DNA from: an uncultured Bacilli bacterium
GTDB taxonomy: Bacteria > Bacillota_I > Bacilli_A > RF39 > UBA660
Assembly: GCA_947623645.1 (NCBI GenBank)
Contig: CANQHK010000002.1
Coordinates: 1-45,924 of the forward strand
DNA: 45,924 bases
Direction: 5' to 3'
The position numbers and the translations under genes were made by a program. Positions 40,059 to 45,924 of the stretch are shown piece after piece; positions within the stretch are counted from its first letter, which is position 1, and each line of letters begins with the position of its first letter. The notes under the pieces were generated by a model that was not told where the DNA came from, made no database searches, and saw only the letters and a program-made list of their open reading frames with translations.

Positions 40059-40103
40059 AAAAAAGTGAATACGAAAGCTATGATGCTTGCCATATCCACT
40101 TTT
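40059..40103 (-). terminator. Intrinsic-terminator-like hairpin inside the 5' leader of the cargo operon (possible attenuator/riboswitch expression platform)
   Basis: Minus strand: AAAAGUGGAUAUGGCAAGC-AUCAUA-GCUUUCGUAUUCACUUUUUU. This is a ~14-bp stem with one bulge and some G-U pairs, followed by U6. It ends about 20 nt before the GT2 start codon, just upstream of the GGAGG RBS. Confidence 0.5.
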
Positions 40104-40146
40104 GATATTTTATATTGCAATTATCACAGGGCAAACACCCTCAAAA

Positions 40147-40175
40147 ATTAGCATTTATTATACAACTAAAGTACC
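40147..40175 (-). promoter_or_regulatory. Consensus sigma-A promoter for the cargo operon
   Basis: On the minus strand: TTGACA (40175-40170), exactly 17 nt, then TATAAT (40152-40147). Both hexamers match the consensus perfectly. The predicted 5' UTR is about 100 nt. Confidence 0.6.
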
Positions 40176-40535
40176 CTTTTGTCAATAGAGTTAACATTAT
40201 TGCAATCATTATTACAGTATAATTATTATTTTAGAGATAATGCTTTTCAAAAAAGTCTTTATCAACTTCACATTTTTGATGTATTACTACAATTAGACAT
40301 ATTCTTTCTATATTTAAAAAAACTATGTATGGCAATAAAAAAAGAACTGAAAATCAATTCAATTCTTGTTATGCATTGTTCGTTAAAATTTATATTCCTT
40401 TTAATTACTTAGGAATATATCCGCCTCTTCAAATGAATGTAATATTTTTTTAAATCACTAAATTTTTTTAATTTTTTCGCTTTATTAGAAATTTTCAATT
40501 TGCTTTTTTCTTTATAACTAAAGGGTTTGCGAGTG

Positions 40536-40544
40536 GTTACTTAA
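40536..40544. repeat. Right element-side inverted repeat GTTACTTAA
   Basis: Exact reverse complement of 27020-27028. It lies 6 nt from the right junction core. Confidence 0.55.
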
Positions 40545-40550
40545 TTTAAT

Positions 40551-40832
40551 GTCAGCATCGATATGTAAGATTTTTCCAGGCAGATAAAAATACTCGTTTC
40601 GATCAAGAGAAAAATCTTTATCCATTCGGTCTAACAAATCTTTATCATCTATGACTTCATCTTTTCCTTCTAACTTTAAATCATCTATTTTACTATCAGC
40701 ATAAAGACGAATATTAACTCCCTTTAAGTAAACCATATCTCCTTCTATTCGGATAATTTGAAAAACGGTATCATTATCATAGGAATTACGACTTACATAA
40801 TCTCCAACATTAAAAAACATAAGATCACCCAA
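40551..40832 (-). CDS. yabG: yabG 5' segment (N-terminal ~94 codons); split gene
   Basis: FNVGDYVSRNSYDNDTVFQIIRIEGDMVYLKGVNIRLYADSKIDDL...YFYLPGKILHIDAD matches the B. subtilis YabG N-terminus (QIGDMVARKSYQMDVLFRIIGIE...RLIADSDFSDL...YFHMPGKVLHLDGD). After ...HIDAD the frame runs 10 unrelated codons (IKLSNHSQTL) into the element and stops at 40518. Confidence 0.88.
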
Positions 40833-40838
40833 TTCATC

Positions 40839-41657
40839 TTATGTTTCTTTTTTTAATTCATTACTAATTTCAACAAATACTTCTATAGGAATTTCTTCTG
40901 CTCGATTGGACAGTGAAAATTTATTTTTCTCAAGAATATTTGAGATTTTATCCAAATCATATCCTTTTAAATTATTTCTTAGTGTCTTTCTTTTATACTG
41001 AAAACTATCTCGTACAATTTTTTCAAAAAAAGAACGATTTGAAATGAAATAAGGTGGAATTCTTTTCGTAAAGGATACAACAACACTATCGACATTTGGT
41101 TTTGGAATAAAACAATTTCTACTTACAAGAAATTCACATTTTACAGAGAAATAACTTTGCAAAAAAATCGATAAAGAATTATACTGTTTTGTTCCAACTT
41201 CTGCAGTAAAACGTTCTCCAACCTCTTTTTGAACCATCAAAATCATTTTATCAACATCTACCTCACGAATTATTTTTTCTAAAATAGGGGTTGTTATATA
41301 ATAAGGTAAATTAGCAATAACATAAAGATGTTGATATGAAAAAAGGGTTATGTCTTCTAAAATATTTCTCTTTAAAAAATCATCAAAAATAAAATGAACA
41401 TTTGGAAATTCTATAAATGTTTCTCCTAACATTGGTTGTAATCTTAAGTCAATTTCATAAGCCAGCACTTGACAAGAAGAAAAATTAGCAAGTTTTTTTG
41501 TCAAGCTTCCTGCTCCTGCTCCAATTTCAATAATAAGAGAGTTTTCTTGAATATCCGCAACTCTTGCTATTTTTTCGATAATTCCCTCTTCTTTTATAAA
41601 GTTCTGACCAAAGCTTTTTTTAAAATGAAAATCATTCAACTCCATGAAAATCATCAC
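40839..41657 (-). CDS. rsmA: 16S rRNA (adenine1518/1519-N6)-dimethyltransferase
   Basis: FKKSFGQNFIKEEGIIEKI, IEIGAGAGSLT and NLPYYITTPIL are KsgA/RsmA motifs. It lies immediately upstream of yabG, as in Bacillus. The true start may be the internal MELND. Confidence 0.92.
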   Translation of the reverse strand: MMIFMELNDFHFKKSFGQNFIKEEGIIEKIARVADIQENSLIIEIGAGAGSLTKKLANFSSCQVLAYEIDLRLQPMLGETFIEFPNVHFIFDDFLKRNILEDITLFSYQHLYVIANLPYYITTPILEKIIREVDVDKMILMVQKEVGERFTAEVGTKQYNSLSIFLQSYFSVKCEFLVSRNCFIPKPNVDSVVVSFTKRIPPYFISNRSFFEKIVRDSFQYKRKTLRNNLKGYDLDKISNILEKNKFSLSNRAEEIPIEVFVEISNELKKET

Positions 41658-41694
41658 CCATCATTAATATATCATAGAAAAGAAAAAAAGAAAA

Positions 41695-42168
41695 CTACTC
41701 TGAATGAGTAATTTCTTCTGGAACTTTTTGTGTAGAAATTTTTTCCTTTTCCTTTCTTTTCGATAGCATAAAGCAAATATTTCCTGCAATCAATAAATAA
41801 AACATTGCTTTAAGAGGAGCAATCATATCAGAAAAATAATCGAAACTCATTTTATAACTTGATTGAAGTTGAAGAATCATGTAAGAATCTGAAATTGCTC
41901 GATATGCTGTAAAGATTAAAACTATAAATACTAAACAACATGTGATATTATAAAAAATACATTGTGTAACCTGTTTTTGTTTAAAAATATAATTAATACC
42001 AAATAGTATAAATAAAACAATATAGGGAATAAAAATATCCATTGCATCCATAAAACTTTTTCCAAGTCTTTGGTACATTGCACTAATAACGTAAAAGGTC
42101 ATTACAAAACTAACAATAAGAAGAATATACTTTAGAAATGAAAACATTGCATTAATAATTTTTATCAT
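41695..42168 (-). CDS. Hypothetical 4-TM membrane protein
   Basis: 157 aa, four hydrophobic helices, no family recognised. It overlaps the upstream gene by 4 nt. Confidence 0.5.
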   Translation of the reverse strand: MIKIINAMFSFLKYILLIVSFVMTFYVISAMYQRLGKSFMDAMDIFIPYIVLFILFGINYIFKQKQVTQCIFYNITCCLVFIVLIFTAYRAISDSYMILQLQSSYKMSFDYFSDMIAPLKAMFYLLIAGNICFMLSKRKEKEKISTQKVPEEITHSE

Positions 42169-42857
42169 AATGTACCTCCTACTGTATCACGATACCAGTT
42201 TGACATAAGTTCTAAGAAACGAGCTGCTCGATTATATGCAGACATAACTTCATAAAAGCCATCTTTAACATCATTTTTAATAATTAAATTACTTGCATCT
42301 GTTGTAAAATAATAATTTCCGTTTGCTGTTAAATCTTTCTTTAAGTAGGAAGTATCTTGTAATAAATCATCCATATAAGCTTGTAAAAGTTCTTTATTTT
42401 GTTGTAAATAAGAATTGTTTAAAGGATTTTGTGCAACTAAATTATAAAGTTGTTTAACGATACATTCATTTAAAACTTCTTGTTCAAAGCTTTCTCTAAA
42501 TTTATAGATATCTAAAATATCGAGGCTTTGTTTCGTGCGAATTTCTTGAAATGTTGAATTTTTAAAAATTTTTATACAAGTGCGAAAATTATCTTGCCAT
42601 AATGCTGCATCATTATACTCCAAACTTCCCTGATAGACATCACTCGTTGGTAATGACTCAACATTTGCCTGAACTCTTTCTAAAATAGAATCAAATTCTA
42701 ATACAGATGCATCTTGTTCAAAATCTATATAAGCTTCTCTTCGAATTTCACGATAATGATAAATGTTTAAAAATAAGTAGAAAAATGCAAATCCAAAAGC
42801 AACACCCACAAGGGAATACCCCACGACTTGTAAATACTGTTTTAATAGTTCTTTCAT
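42165..42857 (-). CDS. Hypothetical protein with an N-terminal TM anchor
   Basis: The likely start is MKELLKQY at 42857, behind AAGGAGGAAC. One TM helix (VVGYSLVGVAFGFAFFYLFL) is followed by a ~200-aa soluble domain. It begins about 40 nt after the sipW stop. Confidence 0.5.
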   Translation of the reverse strand: MKELLKQYLQVVGYSLVGVAFGFAFFYLFLNIYHYREIRREAYIDFEQDASVLEFDSILERVQANVESLPTSDVYQGSLEYNDAALWQDNFRTCIKIFKNSTFQEIRTKQSLDILDIYKFRESFEQEVLNECIVKQLYNLVAQNPLNNSYLQQNKELLQAYMDDLLQDTSYLKKDLTANGNYYFTTDASNLIIKNDVKDGFYEVMSAYNRAARFLELMSNWYRDTVGGTL

Positions 42858-42895
42858 TCTTTCGTTCCTCCTTTTAAAAATAACCAATTATTTCT

Positions 42896-43807
42896 TTACC
42901 TTTTATGTTTGTGCTTATTTTTATGTTTTTGTTTGTATTTATTCTTATTTTTTTGAGGGAAATTATTTTTATAATTGTTATTATAATGATTATTATAATT
43001 GTTATTGTTGTTATTATAGAAAGAAGGTTTTACACTGCTGCTTTCAAATTTATTAGAAGAAAAACTTCCATTATTCTTTTCAAATTTATGATTAGAATGA
43101 TCATCAATTATAGAAGTTGTTTCTTGAGTTTGTGTTTGTTTTTCTGAATCATTCTTTTTTTCTTCTTTTTTTCTATGAAAAAATCCCTTTTTCTTTTCTT
43201 CTTCCTCCTGTGCTTCTGTTCCAATTTTTGGTTTTTCAGGACCCACTATAAGTGCTTTCATAAGTTTAACAAGATCTCCTATGATAATAAACAAGCATGG
43301 TAAAACAATAACTAAAATCCAACCAAATTGAGTTGTCAAAAGTTGTTGCAAATATCCAATGTAAGGAATTCGAAGCATAACTTTTCCAATTACTTGGTCA
43401 TAACTAACTAAAGTTCTATCTTCAACGTTATTATTATCTCCTTTGGTTCTGTAGGCGTACGTTCCAGATTCTGTTTTATTGATTCCTACAACTCTATGTG
43501 TTACAGTTATACCACTATTTCTTGGATCTTCTGAAGTAAAAGTAATAACATCCTTTTTATGAATATCTTTTGCATCTACTCGCATTGTAATAACGGCATC
43601 CATAACATTAATATTTGGAACCATACTAGGACTAATAATAACATAGGCACCAAATAAAGGAGCACGTTCAATTCCTTTTTTAGCGCTTGTATAGTTATCT
43701 AAAAAGTATAATCCAACCATGATGGATACTAAAATCAAAATAATAAAAATAGAATATAACAATATTGTCGAAAGAAAATGAAATATTCGTTTAACTAAAT
43801 CCCACAT
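42896..43807 (-). CDS. sipW: Signal peptidase I, SipW (archaeal/ER-type S26B) with a long Asn/Lys/His-rich C-terminal tail
   Basis: ISPSMVPNINVMDAVI (catalytic Ser), VTHRVVGI (His) and YRTKGDNNNVED match B. subtilis SipW motifs (SGSMEP, ITHRI, KGDNN). A second TM helix is followed by a ~120-aa low-complexity tail. Confidence 0.85.
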   Translation of the reverse strand: MWDLVKRIFHFLSTILLYSIFIILILVSIMVGLYFLDNYTSAKKGIERAPLFGAYVIISPSMVPNINVMDAVITMRVDAKDIHKKDVITFTSEDPRNSGITVTHRVVGINKTESGTYAYRTKGDNNNVEDRTLVSYDQVIGKVMLRIPYIGYLQQLLTTQFGWILVIVLPCLFIIIGDLVKLMKALIVGPEKPKIGTEAQEEEEKKKGFFHRKKEEKKNDSEKQTQTQETTSIIDDHSNHKFEKNNGSFSSNKFESSSVKPSFYNNNNNNYNNHYNNNYKNNFPQKNKNKYKQKHKNKHKHKR

Positions 43808-43909
43808 ATCAGCCCACCTATCTTATTATTCTACATTATAAATATGATACCACAAATTTTATAAAAAAACTATGGATTTATAAACTTTTTTTTAAGATTT
43901 GTAAAGCAT

Positions 43910-43943
43910 CAAAAAACTATTGCTTTTGAACTTCAATAGTTTT
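43910..43943 (-). terminator. Intrinsic terminator after the third paralog gene
   Basis: 10-bp stem AAAACTATTG/CAATAGTTTT (43913-43922 / 43934-43943), followed on the minus strand by a T-run. Confidence 0.6.
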
Positions 43944-43945
43944 TC

Positions 43946-44581
43946 TTAATGTACTTCTACAGCTACAACTTTTATTTTAACAGAAAATTTTTTGTTATAA
44001 TAATCTCCTACTTTAGGAGCATCCTCTGCTAACCACAAGCGAAGACGAAATTCTTCGTGATAATTTTCTTCTCCTTTTGGAACTGTTCCGGTATAAATAA
44101 CTTTTCCACCGTTTTCAAAAGAATCTAACTGATCGTAAGTTAAAACTTTTCCATTTTTTTCTACAAGAGGACTAGCAACTTCTGTATTTCCTGTCTTTTT
44201 TGTTAAATAAATTTTTGCACATTCTTCTTGCAAAGTACTCGTTGAATCTTTTAGTACAATGACTTGGTAAGTAACATTTGCTAATGTCGTATGAGCATTA
44301 ACAGAAAAATCAAAATATTCTTGATTTCCATTTAAAATCTTTCCTGATGCATCTGGAATTGGATAAACTTCTTGCATATCAACTCCGTTTCCTTGAAAAG
44401 CATCTTCATTATAAGCAAAAGAAATAACACCTGCTTCAATAATATTATCTGTACTTCCTCGCATAAATTTCGAATATATTGAGAATGTAACTCCACCTAA
44501 CAATAAAAATAAAGATAATACTAAAAATAATAATGTTACATTCCTAACTTTTGCTCCTGGTCTTCTCTTTTTATCTTTCAT
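43946..44581 (-). CDS. Secreted protein with a SipW-type signal peptide (paralog 3 of 3)
   Basis: Basic N-terminus plus TM helix ending GGVTFSIYS. It shares the C-terminal motif FRLRLWLAED...KKFSVKIKVVA with the two upstream paralogs. Confidence 0.65.
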   Translation of the reverse strand: MKDKKRRPGAKVRNVTLLFLVLSLFLLLGGVTFSIYSKFMRGSTDNIIEAGVISFAYNEDAFQGNGVDMQEVYPIPDASGKILNGNQEYFDFSVNAHTTLANVTYQVIVLKDSTSTLQEECAKIYLTKKTGNTEVASPLVEKNGKVLTYDQLDSFENGGKVIYTGTVPKGEENYHEEFRLRLWLAEDAPKVGDYYNKKFSVKIKVVAVEVH

Positions 44582-44583
44582 TT

Positions 44584-45219
44584 TTAATCACCAATCCCTT
44601 CTGCCAAAACGTTAACTTTAAGGGAATAAGTCTTTCCATAGAAGTCTGTTGCTCCTTCTCGAATCCACATTCTAAGAATATAATCCTGTGAAAAAGTTGA
44701 AACAGAATTTGGAAGAGATACAGTATATAATTTCTTATAAGTTTTTCCATCGATTTCAATATTTTCTAATTCACTACAAATAGGAATTTCTTGAGTGATA
44801 GGATTTTCGATATTTCCTTGAACACTACTTAAGTAAATTTTAATATCTGATGAAGGGATTGTAGAAGATTCATTTTCTTCTAAAGCAATGATATACTTAC
44901 TCATAATATTGTGGGTATTTCCACTTACATTAAACTCGAAAGTATTGGCACTACCGGTTAATCTTTTTCCGATTTCATCACTCATTTCATTGGCGTTTTC
45001 AATATTTATTCCGTTTCCATGGCCATTTACATCAGAATAATTAAATACAAAATCATAAAGAGGTGTTTTTTCTCCATGAATTGTATTATTAAATAAAGAA
45101 AAAGTTATCCCAATTAAAATAAAAAGTAATAGAAATAATGAAATAACAAAAATAATCCAAATCCAGCTACCTTGATCTTCTATGTAAGGATATTCTTCAA
45201 AATATTTTTCTTGTTCCAC
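44584..45219 (-). CDS. Secreted protein with a SipW-type signal peptide (paralog 2 of 3)
   Basis: TM helix ending IGITFSLFNNT. C-terminal motif YILRMWIREG...KTYSLKVNVLAEGIGD. The likely GTG start at 45219 lies behind AGAGGTGA, 2 nt after the upstream stop. The ORF-track start is 45252. Confidence 0.65.
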   Translation of the reverse strand: MEQEKYFEEYPYIEDQGSWIWIIFVISLFLLLFILIGITFSLFNNTIHGEKTPLYDFVFNYSDVNGHGNGINIENANEMSDEIGKRLTGSANTFEFNVSGNTHNIMSKYIIALEENESSTIPSSDIKIYLSSVQGNIENPITQEIPICSELENIEIDGKTYKKLYTVSLPNSVSTFSQDYILRMWIREGATDFYGKTYSLKVNVLAEGIGD

Positions 45220-45220
45220 C

Positions 45221-45922
45221 TTAATCACCTCTCTCGTCTGGGATATCTGCATCCCCTATACCTTGAACAGATACTTTTACAGAGAAAGCTTGATTCTTAA
45301 TACTTGTAACGCCTTCTTCATCCATTATTGGAACAGTTTCTCCTTTATCATCTTTTTCACCAATCCACATATAAAGACGATAATAATCTGTAGATGTTCC
45401 TCTTACTCGCGTATTATATAATTTATATCCTGCATGACTATTCGATGCAGGAGTTTCTTGAAGCATAGAGAAAAAGATAGGATTTACAAGCATTGGTTTT
45501 TCAGGAAGTGGTTTTGTACGATTTTCTAAAGCTACTTTAATTCTAGAAGGAAGAATGGTACTGAGTTTTCCACTCTTAACTTCTTCTAAATTAGAAGTTA
45601 CATTTTCAAGATCAATTTCATAAGCAAGAGCGCTTCCTTCGGGAAAACTATATGTTACATAAAAATCAAAATAAGCCTTTTCATCTTTGGTATTAATAGC
45701 GTTTTCATCACTAATGGGAACTGCATTATTTAAAGAAATCCCGTTGTTATCTTCGATAAATCCCATCTTGAAATCTCCTGCTAAACTACCCTTAAGGCTA
45801 GTAGAAGTAGTTGAAAGACGAGAATATGTAAAGAAGGCAAAACTAAATCCAACAATTGAAATAATAACAACAATGATTGCAACTGTCCATAATACAACAT
45901 TTTTACTAGAACCTTTCCTCAT
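45221..45922 (-). CDS. Secreted protein with a SipW-type signal peptide (paralog 1 of 3)
   Basis: MRKGSSKNVVLWTVAIIVVIISIVGFSFAFFTYS resembles the SipW-cognate signal class (...AxF..). C-terminal motif YYRLYMWIGE...QAFSVKVSVQGIGD. The start codon is at the window edge. Confidence 0.65.
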   Translation of the reverse strand: MRKGSSKNVVLWTVAIIVVIISIVGFSFAFFTYSRLSTTSTSLKGSLAGDFKMGFIEDNNGISLNNAVPISDENAINTKDEKAYFDFYVTYSFPEGSALAYEIDLENVTSNLEEVKSGKLSTILPSRIKVALENRTKPLPEKPMLVNPIFFSMLQETPASNSHAGYKLYNTRVRGTSTDYYRLYMWIGEKDDKGETVPIMDEEGVTSIKNQAFSVKVSVQGIGDADIPDERGD

Positions 45923-45924
45923 TT

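Larger units (their letters stand above)
27005..40556 (-). mobile_element. ~13.5-kb serine-recombinase intervening element inserted in yabG (skin/SPbeta-like, non-phage cargo)
   Basis: Bounded by the two halves of yabG. Both junctions share the core GTCTGC (27005-27010) / GTCAGC (40551-40556), and inward-facing 9-bp inverted repeats lie next to the cores. Two large serine recombinase genes sit at the left end. The interior is visibly more AT-rich than the flanks. The boundary is uncertain by about 6 bp. Confidence 0.85.

Noticed and set aside
40179-40412. 77-aa plus-strand ORF in the right-end non-coding region of the element
   Set aside because: It has no Shine-Dalgarno sequence, an extremely AT-rich and hydrophobic-looking translation, and points away from all other genes. 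It is more likely non-coding att-proximal or promoter DNA. A small element-encoded protein cannot be fully excluded.
27005-40556. Interpreting the insertion as a prophage
   Set aside because: I found no terminase, portal, capsid, tail, holin or lysin genes and no repressor-type genes. All large ORFs are enzymes or recombinases. It is better described as a non-phage, possibly phage-derived or transposon-like, intervening element.
26486-40832. yabG as an ordinary decayed pseudogene
   Set aside because: Both halves keep intact reading frames and all the conserved YabG motifs I can recall. They join exactly in frame at a shared core sequence. That fits a reversible interruption rather than mutational decay.
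44571-44759. ORF 44571..44759 (-) overlapping paralogs 2 and 3
   Set aside because: It is an alternative-frame shadow ORF spanning the junction of two supported genes.

Overview
Low-GC Firmicute (spore-former) chromosome. Almost every gene is on the minus strand, and the order is colinear with the Bacillus subtilis origin-proximal ksgA -> rpoB region. Reading the minus strand from right to left:
- a SipW signal-peptidase cluster with three paralogous secreted proteins
- rsmA(ksgA), yabG, veg, spoVG, yabP, yabQ, divIC, tilS, ftsH, mscL, dusB, lysS, clpC, cysS, mrnC, rlmB
- a SigH-like sigma factor, then secE, nusG, rplK, rplA, rplJ, rplL, def, an ASCH protein, a ybxB-like methyltransferase and rpoB (partial)

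The main result is that the sporulation protease gene yabG is split in-frame by a ~13.5-kb, visibly more AT-rich insertion (about 27005..40556).
- The two yabG halves (40832->40551 and 27004->26486) join into one colinear ~266-aa YabG.
- Both junctions share a GTCNGC core, flanked on the element side by 9-bp inverted repeats (TTAAGTAAC).
- The element carries two translationally coupled large serine recombinases and an unannotated 41-codon ORF at one end. It has no phage structural genes.
- Its nine-gene cargo is dominated by nucleotide and phosphoester chemistry: a GT2 glycosyltransferase, a MazG-like/radical-SAM fusion, an RfbF-like cytidylyltransferase, a NUDIX hydrolase, a Tmk-like kinase, a metallophosphoesterase, an alpha/beta hydrolase, a CitC-like nucleotidyltransferase fusion and a 428-aa orphan.
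- The cargo is driven by a perfect consensus sigma-A promoter followed by a terminator-like leader.

I read this as a skin/SPbeta-type developmentally excised intervening element carrying an uncharacterised nucleotide- or nucleotide-sugar-modifying system. Function, excision and novelty are inferences and cannot be verified from sequence alone. I found no rRNA genes, tRNA genes or CRISPR arrays.
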